64,000 nucleotides of DNA, from the NCBI GenBank assembly GCA_013239625.1, contig MU053994.1, forward strand, positions 933,775-997,774. Direction: 5' to 3'. The position numbers were made by a program, and so were the translations under genes. This DNA is from Lama guanicoe. Its lineage: Eukaryota. Below the pieces are notes generated by a model, which worked only from the letters and a program-made list of their open reading frames with translations, was not told where the DNA came from and did no database searches. The stretch's first letter is position 1; each line of letters starts with the position of its first letter. Below are positions 51,841-64,000 of this stretch, one piece after another.

Positions 51841-53054
51841 ATGTTACTTTAAAAATACCAATATCTTAAGTGTTTAATTAATCTTATTAAAAAGGAAATG
51901 TAGAAATGATTTAGACAAATTGGTGATAAATGGAAAATTTAATTACAAAGAGGCAGCACCTAGCCCAACTGAGGAGGAGGAGGAGGGATAGTAGAAAAAT
52001 GGGTGAGAGAAAGCAGCAATTGACTTTGGTCTTGGTACCTACAGAGCCAGAGCTACAGCCTCCTTTCAGGGTATTAATTCAGAGTTTTCTAGTATGGAAG
52101 CTATTGTGTTAAGCGAGATATTTTGGTCCTCGGATTCTGAATCAGAAGTTCATAATATTGGTAGTCTGTAACCTAGAGGTGATGAATGCAGTAAAAGATA
52201 CCTGCCCCCCAACATTTCTGCATTACCAGAAGCTACTGCTATGACCCCCATCACCAACGCACACCCAGGGGAGCCATTGTCACCAGAGCAGCTCTCTTTG
52301 TGAAGATGCATCAAAATTGGAGCTTGGAACATTTTTTTTTCCCTAGTGGAGGCATTTTTAAATGATTAGATTTTTTTTACAGTATCAGTTTTGTTGAAAA
52401 TCTATTGTTATGAGACATCTAAGACCATTTATAACATTGTATGAGGAAATGTGTCCAGGTTTCAAACAAATGATTTAGAAATGATCTTTTGGGAACCCAG
52501 CTTTTTTTGTGAGATAGAACCATCTACAGTTTAGAGCTCCTGTCTGAGTCTTGGTGTGGACATAGAGGAGGACAGCCTGAGAAAGTAAGATAAGAAGCTG
52601 CAGTTCTTGTCGTAGATTCATGCATAGTCAAATTCCTATTCTGGTGTTTGCTGCTCCGATGTTCTGGGAGCTCCTGTCGAAGTCGGCTCTTTAGCTTGTT
52701 CAACGTGATTTGCATGCAGTCGACATCCCCGAACTCCTGTGTATGGTGAATTTCATTAATCCAGTGATTTGTAAAAAGAGTTTGAATTAAATGCTTCTTC
52801 ATGCTCCAGAGACAGCATTGGGCGGCTCTGTATTGGTTGCCACCGTTTCTCCAAGTGTAGTGATGTACAAAGGAAAAGATGTCTAGAAATGAAAGATAAT
52901 CCAGAGACCTGTAGGTACAATATTATAGATCTTGAAACAAGGAAGAGTAGCTTTATTTAGATGTCTCACTTAGAACAACAGCTTTTTTTCGCCTCCAGTT
53001 TTGTGAAGACAATTATACCCTCAGTGTGCTTCAGTTTCATGCTCTATAATAGTA

Positions 53055-53210
53055 GTTTTCACTTAGGTTAGCCTTAAGCACGTGGAGAGTTCGTAAACAT
53101 GAGGATACCTGGACCCCACCCCAAAGCTTCTGGTTCAGAAGGTCCGTGATGGGGCCCGAGAATTTTTACTCAAGCAATGCTGCTGAGCAACCACACTTTC
53201 AGTAGCATCC
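53055..53210. mobile_element. MER5A-like fragment
   Basis: ctggaccccaccccaaagcttctggttcagaaggtc...ggggcccgagaattt. Confidence 0.6.
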
Positions 53211-54229
53211 CAGCTATCAAATTCAGAAGGCCACGTTTAACTCTAGTGGTCTTCAGTTCTGTGAGTTCGTGTTCTGACATCTGAGCCGTGTGCTTGGGAC
53301 GAGCCAGAGCGCTGATCACTGAGTTGCTCAACGATCTTTAGGACTCGCCTGCTGACCCTGCAGGAACCAAATCATGGCCATGCTTAGTGTCTGCAGACAG
53401 ACTGGTTTCCGGTCTAATTTTAGCCTTGAGAGAAAAAAAGAAAGAGGAGAAGCCAGTTCTGACTTGGAATTAGGATTACCACATGAGGTTTGAATGGCTT
53501 CAAAGCTCTATCTTTCTGCTTCCCGGGCATCCTCAAACTCTGGCATCACCTAAATTTTCCCTGACCTTAGCCTGGTCCCTGGGGAGGAAGGACCCCAGCC
53601 TTTAGGAAAATATGGGCCAACTGGAGAAATAAAACAAAGCAAGGGGAGGGGGGAAGAGATCAAGAGGGCAGAGAGTTGTAACAAACAAGTCAAAGTAAGT
53701 TGAGGACACTAAGCTTTTAGTTCCTTAAAACATTTGTTTCTTATGGGCAATTCACACTCCCAGAAGAGTTCTTGAGATGCCATTTAAAGAGAACAAAGTG
53801 AGGGGAACTGAACTGTTAGCATTTACCACTGTTAGGATCTTGAGACCCTAAAATTCCGGAAAAACTTGATTGCTGACCACCGCAATAGCAGAACCCAATG
53901 TGGGCAGTCCTCACTTTAGAAGATAGTGTTTGGTTTTAAATGTTCAATCCAACCGCCTTTTTTTTCTGAATATTTCTTAGTGGATAAGAGCCACGTGGTA
54001 TCTTCCTTTCCTAGGTGTTATTCCTGAAGCTTGTCACATAGAGCTCTTGTGAAATGGGAAGAAGGTTAAAGAGCGGTCTGCTCTCTTCTTTATTCTATAT
54101 ATTTTATTCAGTATATCTTTATTACATGTTATTTTCAATGTTTTTCATGTGTTATTTATTTATTTAATTGTACCAGCCATACATAATGAAATAATTAGGA
54201 ATGACTCCCCGGAAGAAGAATTCCCACAA

Positions 54230-54675
54230 TCCCATTAGAGGTAACTTCCTTTAACATTTTGGTGTATAGCCTTTCATACTTATTTCCTATGATTTGTTTC
54301 CTTATTTTCTACAAAAACGGAGTCCTGCTACTCAAATAATTTAACCACCTTTTGTTCTTGCTAACCTTATTGCAGATATTTTTGCATTTAGCTCAAACAC
54401 TTCTCTGCCCTAGGACCCCATTGTATGAACTTAGCATCCTCTAGATAACCAACGCTCTGCGATACTTTTACTCCCTTTTTTGCAGTTAAGCAATGTGATA
54501 ACCTCCCTTTGCATGTGCATTTTTACATGTGTGTCCAGTTAATTCCCAAGGATAAATCCTTAGAAGCTGAATCCTGAGTCAGAGAACATACACCCTGTGA
54601 ATGCTTTTGCTTCTCGGCGCCAAATTACCCTGTAGAAATGTTGGCCCTGTTTACACATTCCCTCAGTGGTGTCTA
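54230..54675 (-). mobile_element. Old L1ME fragment
   Basis: gaggtaacttcctttaacattttggtgtatagcc; ggataaatccttagaagctgaatcctgagtca. Confidence 0.55.
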
Positions 54676-54856
54676 ATTAGTAATCTGCATGTTTCAAAAT
54701 GAGTTTTTATTATTTTTAAGAAGCTACTTCACAGCATTAGAGAACTTAAATGTTGGTTCTTGAAAGCAGGCATTAGCGAGCTGAACGTGTTTGAAGTGTT
54801 GCTGGTGAATATTATTTAGAGCTTTCTCTTCACACAGCCTTTCTGTAGCTTTTTTC

Positions 54857-54876
54857 TGTGTGTGTGTGTGTGTGTG
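54857..54876. repeat. (TG)10 microsatellite
   Basis: Read directly. Confidence 0.9.
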
Positions 54877-55714
54877 CTTCCTTGATGAACAAGTCCTATT
54901 ATTAGTGGAAGACAGTGGGTGAGACTCTGAAATGTTTACCATCAGGCTTCCTCTGTATTGAGGAGCTGCATGTATGAAAATATCTCTCCTCAAATACTAT
55001 TTTATATTTATTCTTGTAGTCGAAAAGCTCGTGCAGCCAAATATCTGTTCTCACATACGTTTCAAGACTATATTCAGTTTTGATCTTCTGTTTTAAATAT
55101 CTTTTAGAATTAATGGATTTCTGTGCATGGTGCTTGGCATACAGCTTTTTTTTTTTTAAATAAAGTTGGAACAATTCAGGGACCTCTGTTTCCTACAACA
55201 GTGCAGAAAACCCTTTGAAAAAATATTCCTTTATCTTCTGAGTGAGGCAGGGACGCAGTCCTTTGAAAAGAAAAACTTGGAATTCTAAAGCCGTTCTTGG
55301 CAATTCCTACAAACACAGCGCTCAGATTTCACACCAGTTTGTTAACAAAGACATGGGTGTCTGAAATGATGAAGGGTGGACACAGTAAGAAAGAATGTTG
55401 CTATGTTATGTTAAAATTCCCTCTTGGACCTCAAAAACGCCCCTTTCACCAGAGTTGGATAAAGTTCCATTAGAAAAGTAGGAGATAGTGCAGAAAATTT
55501 GAGGGATTTTTGTCCCCAAAATGTGCACTTGGCATCCTGAGGAAAGTTTTATCTGATTCCGAATTATTTCAGTTAACACAATTGCCAATTTCTTTTTTAG
55601 TTTCTCTTTGGGGCTGGACAGAAACTGGCTGGATATTTTATTTAACAAACATTTCTAAGGCATGTTCTGTGTCATAGCCATTGGTGTAAGCATTCTATAA
55701 ATAGCACTAGTTTA

Positions 55715-56157
55715 ATACCTGCTATCCTGGGAGGTATGGATACTCATATTAGCCCATTTCTCAAATGAGAAAACTGAGGCACGGGCAGTTATGTAAATTG
55801 CCCAAGAATTCTCAGCTAGTGAGTGACAAAGCCAGTAGTCAAACCCAGGCAGCCTGACTCCTAGTCACTTAGCTGTGCTGCCTGGCAGGTAAAAGCAGAC
55901 ACACTTTATTATAGCAGTGATGGATTTTAGGAAATGGTAGCTTATATTTTTGATGGGAAGAAACTAGTCACCATTATTCTCCAGTAGACCAGTGGTTCTC
56001 ACCCTTGGCTGCAAGTTACAATCACCTGGGGAGCTTGTCAAAGTCAAGTAGCCATGGCCACTCTCCAGACCTGGTAAATCAGCAAGACCCAGGCCCAGCA
56101 GTTTTTAAAGCTGCTTAGGTGACTCCAGTGTGCAGCCAAGGTTCAGAAGCTCGGATC
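55715..56157. mobile_element. MIR (~55715-55880) and MER5A (~55988-56157)
   Basis: aaatgagaaaactgaggcac...aaacccaggcagcctgactcc; cagtggttctcacccttggctgca...aatcacctggggagctt. Confidence 0.8.
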
Positions 56158-57254
56158 TAGAAGAGAGATTACTGATGGCCATGACTTTACCGGAAACATC
56201 TGATGAAAAGGAGCACTGTGGCCATGACTTGCTTCACTTCAGAGGTGAGCTTATACACAAAGGAGCAGTCTTGTTTCAAGCAGAGGCGGTTTCAATGTGG
56301 GGGGAAAAATGATTGCTTCTGAAGACTGGTTCTGACAATATTTTGGAAATGTTGGAAGTGTGACTCCTGTAGTCCTATGATTTAGCCAGCCATTTTCGCT
56401 TTATTACTTTGGCCCATGGAATCGATGCCCTTACTCAAATCAGAGCCCAGTTTGGTTTTGATCCTCTACATCTGTACCTCTGGGTGAATCTCACAAGGAG
56501 GAACAAGATCAGCGACAGTAGAGAAGGCAGGCCACATCTTGGCCAGCTGGCCGCACAGCGAGAGGCTTGGACTGTGGCATCTTCAGTCCTCTTTGAGCTA
56601 GAGTACTCTGTCTCTTTCTTTTCCTCTCTGACTGGACATAGAAGGGGATGTGAGTATTTGGAAGCAGTTTTTCTGATGGAGTTGCACTGTGAAATTGAAC
56701 AGCAAAATGCCTTTAAAGGATAATGACTTTTGGTCATGGTGGTATGAGTGCAGCATCCGTAGCATTTAAGGAAGTCTACCAAACCTGGGTCAGTGGTTAA
56801 TGGTAAAGGTTTCTGCTGTTGCATCTGAATCATGCTGGGAAAGTGAACCTGTTATTTGGGTATTTATTTTGGAATTGCCAGCCTGTTCAAACAAGACTAA
56901 TACATGTCGGGGAGACCGTGAGCACAGTCACTTCTGCTTGGCACTTGAATTTGTCTCAGAAGCCTGTCGGGCTCGCGGGAATCCCACTGTGAGGGGAGCA
57001 TGAGGGCATTTCTCATTATGGCTGTACATGAAAGCTAATTACGGAGGGTCCTGTTTCTGTTTGTTCCTGTTGTAAAGTGTCTTCTAGAATTGCATTTCTG
57101 TGACTGCTGTCTTGGGGCGCATAAAAGGGACTGTGATGACTGGAACAGACTCTGTCTACTGCTGTTTAGGGGGACACCAGAGACAAATGGTACCGATTCT
57201 GTGGGATTTGCAATATAATCTGTGATCCAAATCATTTTTTAAATGGCAAAATGT

Positions 57255-57407
57255 GGGGGAGAGGGTATAGCTCACTGGTAGAGTGTGCACTTAGCATGCA
57301 CACGGTCCTGGGTTCAATCTCCAGTAACTTCATTTAAATAAATAAATAAACATAATCCCCCCCCCAAAAATTTAAAAAAAATTTTAATTTAAAAATAAAT
57401 TTAAAAA
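57255..57407 (+). mobile_element. tRNA-derived SINE (Vic-1-like)
   Basis: A-box tagctcactggtagag, B-box ggttcaatctcc, A-rich tail; TSD aaatggcaaaatgt (57241-57254) / aaatagcaaagtgt (57408-57421). Confidence 0.9.
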
Positions 57408-58229
57408 AAATAGCAAAGTGTATCCTAAATACAGAAGAAAGTTGAGTAGCTACAGTAGAGTGTAGAGAATTATAACCACCCATGTGCCCATCCCCAGTTT
57501 AAGAAATGGGGCAGTAGCAGCTCACTAAAGACCTTTCCCCACTGCCCTCCCCTAGCTGCACGATACTCCTTGCCTCCAGATATAACCACTGCCCTGCTTT
57601 GTGTTCCTCATTTTCTCACTCTTTTCAGTGTCCCCTTGTATGTACATATTCCTACACACTATATTGTTTGGTTTTGAAAAGCAAGTGGCAAGCACAAACC
57701 TAGCTGTGTAAGGAAAAGGATGAAAGTCCCAAGGGAAGATCAATTGCACTACGTCTCTGGGAGAAATCTGGCTTCACGTTCCATAAAGTTATTCTGGGGA
57801 AGTTGATGGGCAAGGCCACAAGCGAATCGAAGGAAAAACAGGGCTCCCCCCCATCAAGACATCTGATAGTGCTGTAGTGTAGAGCCAGATACAGCATGCC
57901 CGGCATTTCCCTCTTAGCTCACCGGGGCCTGCCCCCAGCGCTCAGGAGTAGGTCAAAGCAGAATGCGGTGGCCAGGCAGCGAGATGAGGGTCCTCTGCCG
58001 ATGTGGGTGGCAGAGCTGCTGTCAGCCCGCGGTCAGGAAAAGCAACACGAGAAGGATCCAGGCCCTGGCCACCTGGTCATTCTGTCCTCAGGTTTAATGG
58101 CAGCAAATGTCCTGTCATGACAGTCCTCTTTTTTGGTGCCCAGCTGTCATCCTGGGGCCCTCCTTCACTCTCAGCCAGGCTTCCCTTGACCTCTCCTGTG
58201 TTAGAACTCCTTTTCCTCCCGTCTTGTCT

Positions 58230-59840
58230 TCCTCGTTGCTTGTTTTGCTAATGCATGTCCTCCAGTAACTTTGTGAGGAAAGGTATGTGGGAAGTAAATT
58301 TGTCGAAGCCTTGGCTCGTCTGAAAATGTCTATTCTTCCATCACACTTGCTTGGCAGTTTGGGACTAGAATTCCAAGTTAGAAACCGAAGTTGTGAAGGG
58401 AACTTGGCACGTTGGCCCATTGTCCTCTCTTTCTACTGTTGCTGTTGCGAAGTGTGAAGCCATTCTGATTCCTGATAGGCTACTTGTGACCTGATTTTTT
58501 TTCTCTTTGGAAGCTTATCACGTCTTTTTGTCCCCAAGGATCTGAAATGTCACATGAATGTGCCACGGCCTGGATTTGCTTTCACCCACTGTGCTAGATG
58601 GTCTGTGACATACCATGTGCCATTCCACTCTGACACTTCCATTCCTTCAGTTTTGGAAATTTTTCTTGAACATTCTTTTGGTTCTTCATTTTTCTTTTTT
58701 CATTCTGCAGCTAACATTCAGGAGCTGGACTCTCCATAGAAGTTACTTGATTTTTCCTTTTCTCCTATTTTTAACTTCTTCATATTTGAATTTTGGGAAG
58801 ATATCTTCTAACACTTCTATTTTTGAATTTCTCATAATGTTTTTTAATTCTGCAAATGTTTGGGCTTCTTAATTTTCTGAGTTTTGTTGTTGATCTTTTT
58901 TTTTTTTGTATTTCATGGATATAATGTCTTATCTCTCCAAGGGTATGATTGACATATATTTGCTGAAGTTTTCTCCAAGCTCGGTAGTCTCTGTTCCCTC
59001 CAGGTTGCTCTCTTTCGGTTGCTTGTTGTGATCTCTGTTATCTTTGGAGAGGCTATTCACAGGTGTCTAGTAATCCTTGGTTGCTTGGAGACTAGAAAGC
59101 TGCTGTGAAGTTTTGATCAGGTCGAGGGATCTTGTCAAATTCATTTTACCATAGGGTGATCCAGATTGGATATTTGATGCAAAACCCCAAACTTGGTATC
59201 TTTAGGTCTTTTCCCTTGGGTTATTTAGATGTCCTAGAGAAGCCTTCCAGTCTCCTGATGGGAGGGGTGGGTCTGGAGTTCAGCCTGGCAGCTCCCAGGG
59301 GTAGAAGCCTGGGGTGGAGGCTGTCTCTGTATTCAGGGTTCAGCGTTCATCTGTCTGGTCACTTAATGCCCCCGTTTTCACCAGAGTACTGATGGCCCAG
59401 TGATGCCTCCCAAGCCAGATGCCCTGTATTTTACCCTCTTCAAGAAATAATCCTCGGGACATTTGCCGGGGTGGGGAAAGGGCAGTCAGTCACTCAATGA
59501 ATGGAGTGAGAAGCTAGAAGTAATATCTTGTGAAACAGCTTTCTTTCCAGCCTTTTGCACTTTTGCCATCCTCTGTATCCCCAGTTCCAGAGGAGCCTGG
59601 TGCCAATTTTCAGCTGTCCTCCCTGATGGTTTGAGATCATTTTTTTCCCTTGCCTGCTGAATTGGTTACCACTCATCTGTCTGCTTTGCAGCTTCCAAAA
59701 CTTGGTTGCTATTGCCCCCTCTCCTTTTCTCCTCGGTTTGTCTTTTAAAAAACCAGTTCCTTTATGTGGTCTTAGTGGGCTAACAAGAATGTGAAATTAG
59801 ATACATCAGATTACCAACCTACTGACTTAACTTGGAAGCT
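58230..59840 (-). mobile_element. Ancient L1M(E)-type 5' region
   Basis: ctgaaaatgtctattcttcc, ctgttgctgttgcgaagtgtgaagccattctgatt; colinear with 20390-21682. Confidence 0.6.
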
Positions 59841-60916
59841 GGAATTTGTTTTCTTTTTTACATCTTTGGATCCAGAACACATTTTACTGTTTGAAGCCAA
59901 AAGCCAAGTCCATTCGCAACATTTCTGTTCACATATTGAACACCTTGCCATCTGTAGACATGCAGGTAGGAACGGTCGTCATCCTTAATTTACAAAAGAC
60001 AAAACTGACACTCAAATTAAGCAGTGCACCCAAGGTCACTCCTAAAAAGTGGCAGTGCTGGGATCTGAATCCAGTCCAAGATCTGCATTTTGAAACCCTG
60101 TGGAAGTTTTGTTTTGTTTTTTTTTAAACAAACCCAGTGCTTTCCTTATCCTGGGAGCTGATTTGAACTGATGCCTATGAAGCGTATGAGGCTCTCTGAG
60201 TTAATTGGACTCTGAAGGAGAAAAATATTCTGACATGTATTGGGTTGAGTAACCTTGCCTGGGCTTTTGAAAAGTGAATGGGGCATCCACAAAGCGTGAG
60301 AAGCACCTGCTTGCTCCAGCTGCCGCGCCTCGCGCCTCCCCGCTAGCTTGATGTGTGGCTGAAGGTCATTCATCCGCACTGTTGTGCCGTCTGTCTATAG
60401 AACAAAGCACGCACGGTTTCCTGGCCCACCCAGTAGAATGTGTGTCCTGCGGGTGAGACTGTGCTGTAATGAAGGGCTTATTTTCTGTACGGCCACAAGG
60501 TTAGGTAACTCATCACCCATGCGGTGTCACGAGTGCTATCTCATTTCCCTCTTGACAGTTTTGCTTCTGCTCTGCAACAGTACGAAGCCATTGATTTGCA
60601 AAATAAATACAGCCAGAAATGGGAGCTTTAGAGTGTTTACAGGTTTAATTATTTATTATGGTTTTCTGCAAACCTTTTTCCAACCAAAATTTTCAGGCCA
60701 AATTACATATCTGTATATATCTATATAGATATTTCAGAGTTAAAACATTGCCTATAGCTTTAAGTGTAGACTAGATAGGTTTGAGTATTAGAAATATTGG
60801 TAAACAATGAGACCTTTTTTTCCGAATGCTGAGAGAATATTATCATTCTTATAACAAGTTTCAGCTTCAGTGAGCTTTCTAAGCATGGCTGGTTGCTTGT
60901 TAAGAATAAGATTCTG

Positions 60917-61150
60917 GGGGTAGAGGGTGGGAAGGGATAGACTGGGATTTCAAAATTGTAGAATAGATAAACAAGATTACACTGTATAGCACAGGGAAAT
61001 ATACACAAAATGTTATGATAAATCACAGAGAAAAAAATGTGACAATGAGTGTGTATATGTCCATGAATGACTGAAAAATTGTGCTGAACACTGGAATTTG
61101 ACACAACATTGTAAAATGATTATAAATCAATAAAAAATGTTAAAAAAAAA
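60917..61150 (+). mobile_element. Young 5'-truncated L1 3'UTR insertion with polyA tail and a perfect 15-bp TSD
   Basis: ctgtatagcacagggaaatatacacaaaatg...AATAAA (61129-61134), A-tail; TSD aagaataagattctg at 60902-60916 and 61151-61165. Confidence 0.92.
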
Positions 61151-61834
61151 AAGAATAAGATTCTGTTGGCATGCTTTCCCATAAGTATAGCTAGTCCTTT
61201 GCCTAGAAGAATATAGTATAAAACACTTACAAATAGTTGGAAATAAGGTTTTTTTTTTTTAAAAAAATTACAGAGTAATATTAACCTGCCTCTGCTTATG
61301 AACCCTTGAAATTAGCTGGGGTTCCATTTTAGTACAGTGTTTTGGGCCAAATTATTTTTAGTCTCTATGGAGAGAACCCTTTTCATTTAAAGGGATTAAA
61401 AGAGTGCTGGACCAATTTCAGCTGCTTTAAAATGCACATTTGGGGCCTTTTATGTTCCCTCAAGTTCTGAAGAAAAGAACATTATAAGGGCACTCCGTAA
61501 ACCGCTTTACAGTATTGGCTTTCAAATTTAAGTAGATCTTTACCTAGGAGAGAAAACGATGGATAACATATGCCTTGAGTATTTTATTTGGGAGTAATTA
61601 AATAGTTTACCTTATATTTTATTTTTTAAACATTTTTCATCATGGGACTATCATCTCTTCCATTCTTATTATCCCAAATGTAAATATATAGGTGTCTCAT
61701 ATCAGAAAAATCTGCTGTACCAAAGCCAGATTTTGAATCAGAGAAATTTGCAAGACCTTGTCAGCACAAATCTGCAGTCCTGAGGTCACCATCCCTTTAG
61801 AACTTGCACATGGGGATTTAAACTGGAAAAAGCC

Positions 61835-62425
61835 TAGACTTTGGAATTGGATGCAGGCTCCAGTTCCGTCCACAACTTGCATTCTGGGAAAAGTCACTTG
61901 ACCTCTCTGGGCTTGTTTCTACAGCAATGAAATAGGACTGATTCCCAACCTACATGGTTATTGTAAGGGTTAGAGAGGATGCACATGGTTGGAGGAGTCT
62001 ACTATAGTAACTGGTGTGTAACTGGGGGCACTAATCGTAATATAGCTCTAATTGCCAGCGTTTGCTGCCTCTTAGTCTCTGTTCTAAGGGTTTTATGTGT
62101 AACTCATTGAAGCCTCATGAGAACCTTTTAAGGTAGGTACTATATTAATATCCCCACTTTACAGATGAGAAAACAGTCACTGAGAGGTTAGTGTGCTCTG
62201 GGTTATATAGCTAGTAAGTGGTAGAGCCAGGCTTGAAGCCCAGACAGTCTGACTCCAGGGCTTTCGTCTTAACCGCGATGACTTACTGCTGCACAGTGGT
62301 GGCCGATAGTGCTGTGTTGGATTGTGGCCATCTGTAGGGTAGCGTTCCCGCCTTTCACCTGCACGGCCCGCAATGCGTGCTATATGTAGTAATAGGTGCT
62401 CCATAAGTGCTTATTGAATGAGTAT
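61835..62425. mobile_element. Two oppositely oriented MIRs and an L2 3' end
   Basis: aaagtcacttgacctctctgggc; ccccactttacagatgagaaaac; taggtgctccataagtgcttattgaatga. Confidence 0.75.
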
Positions 62426-62707
62426 GTGAAGGGATATCCATCACTTACTGAGATGGGAAGTTTTTGTGGAGGGCCACTCGTCCTCCACAAAGCCTGTTCT
62501 TCTTCAGAGCCACCCTACTCGGTCGCCCTGAGCCCCGGTGCGCCTCCTTTCACCTTAGAGGGCTGGTGCCACACCCTATGTTAGTATTGCTTCTGAGGTT
62601 TCAATAGCCTGGCTGATCCTCATAGCCGACCTGGCCCAAATTGCCTCGGAGTGACTCAGAAAGCTTTGCTTGGTAAATACAGATCTTTGAAAGCTATTCC
62701 CCTAGAG

Positions 62708-62913
62708 CAGGAGTTGGCCCAGTGTTTCTATAAAGGGCCAGATAGTAAATATTTTAAACTTTGCAAGCTGAAGGGTCTCTGTCGCCACTTCGCCATCATG
62801 GCTTGAAAGCAGCTGCAGACAATAAATAAATGGATAGGTGTGGCTGTGTTCCAAAACTCTGCAGAAAGAAGCTGGCTGGCCACTTTTGGCAGATCTGTCT
62901 TTTGTCAACCCTG
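62708..62913 (+). mobile_element. MER58A
   Basis: ttctataaagggccagatagtaaatatttt...gtggctgtgttccaa...ttgtcaaccctg. Confidence 0.8.
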
Positions 62914-64000
62914 CTGCACAGTGCCAGTTTTCCTGGGTGCTACCCCTGTTAATGGAAATATTCAGAAAAAGTAAATTGACTTCTTTCATGCAGTTATAAA
63001 AATGAACACTTATTAATGATCGTATTTTACTCAGAGAACCAGCAGATGCTATAAGCAGTTCAAAGGGAAAAAGTCAAAAAGCATAAATGTATACTGAGTG
63101 AAGGGATTGAATTGCAAATGGAGGCAGAACCATTTTTTTCCTGCAGTGGGGGAAGGGAAGTCAATGAAAACTGGACAATTACAGTTGTGATGTCTACCAG
63201 TCACCTATAAAGAGTGACAAAAGAGCTCAAAGGCAATGAAAGCTTGCAGCCTGGGGGGATGTGCTATATGTAGACAATGCAGAGCTTTCCTTCGAAACAC
63301 TTACTTTATACACCCCCGAGAGACTAGAACCAGAGGTCTGATGTTATACTCAGAAATCTGCATTTTGAACAGATCTGCAAAGCTTTGGTCCAGCAGGAAG
63401 GCTTCATACCACACTTCGAGGAACACCATGTGAAGGACCACTGTCTGTCTGCCCTCCCTTTTCCTGGAGTGCTCCTCTCCTCTGATTAAGGGAAATCAAC
63501 CCTCATCTTGTGACATTCACACATACATTTGACCAGATGAGGGGACAAATAGTTTCTTTCCTGTAGGGTGTGGTGGGGACAGGGGAAGACTGGATATTAG
63601 GAAGAACTCATCCTCCTCTAATGTATTTACTATTTGTTTGCTCATGTCAGGGAGAAGGACCAAATGGATGGAGTGGAGACTTAACACGAGTTGATGATAA
63701 AAATAATTTAGGGCACTAAGAAAAGGATGTTTTCAAGAAAGGTCATGTGAACCTTGAAAGCTCTTGGTGCACTTGTAAGAAGGTGGAGGAGGGGAGACTG
63801 GGAGAATTAGGCCAGCACTGGGAGGGACCGTAGAGGGGACAAGGACTGGGAGAGCAGGAAGCATGAATTTTAAACAATCAGGAGTACAGAGACTTCAATA
63901 AGCACATTGGGGGACTCAAACTCATTAAGTTGGCAGCCCATTATACATTTACTTTCCTGCACATCTTTAACTGCTAGCCTCTGTCCTGGTCCATCAAACG

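Larger units (their letters stand above)
16747..64000 (+). other. TSPAN7: TSPAN7 intron 1 (5' part; continues beyond the window)
   Basis: Starts with GTGAGT. No downstream tetraspanin-like coding sequence seen in the ORF track. Repeat-dense, consistent with the known long first intron. Confidence 0.85.

Noticed and set aside
57258..57330. tRNA-like sequence with A and B boxes
   Set aside because: Followed by a SINE body, A-rich tail and TSD; it is a SINE head, not a tRNA gene.
60709..60732. AT-rich palindrome atctatatagat
   Set aside because: Low-complexity (TA)n-derived symmetry.

Overview
Mammalian genomic DNA. There are no prokaryotic features (no operons, CRISPR, rRNA or genuine tRNA genes). 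The window holds the 5' end of TSPAN7 (tetraspanin-7, TM4SF2/A15; X-linked in eutherians): about 16 kb of repeat-rich upstream DNA, a CpG-island promoter (~16365-17680), coding exon 1 (ATG 16666 to donor TGG|GTGAGT at 16746/16747, encoding MASRRMETKPVITCLKTLLIIYSFVFW), and the first ~47 kb of a long intron 1. No exon 2 is visible. Two tRNA-derived SINEs resembling Vic-1, and no Alu, B1/B2, Bov-tA, PRE-1 or SINEC, suggest a camelid (inference). Most of the rest is old eutherian interspersed repeat (L1M, L2, MIR, MLT, MER5/20/58/82) plus a few younger L1/SINE insertions with target-site duplications. Repeat family names were assigned by eye and their boundaries are approximate. I found no convincing undescribed biological system. 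The best leads are a ~112-bp templated local duplication, a tail-less L1 with junction microhomology, a very strong cryptic acceptor (candidate poison exon), an in-frame upstream ATG, and G4/CRE elements around exon 1.
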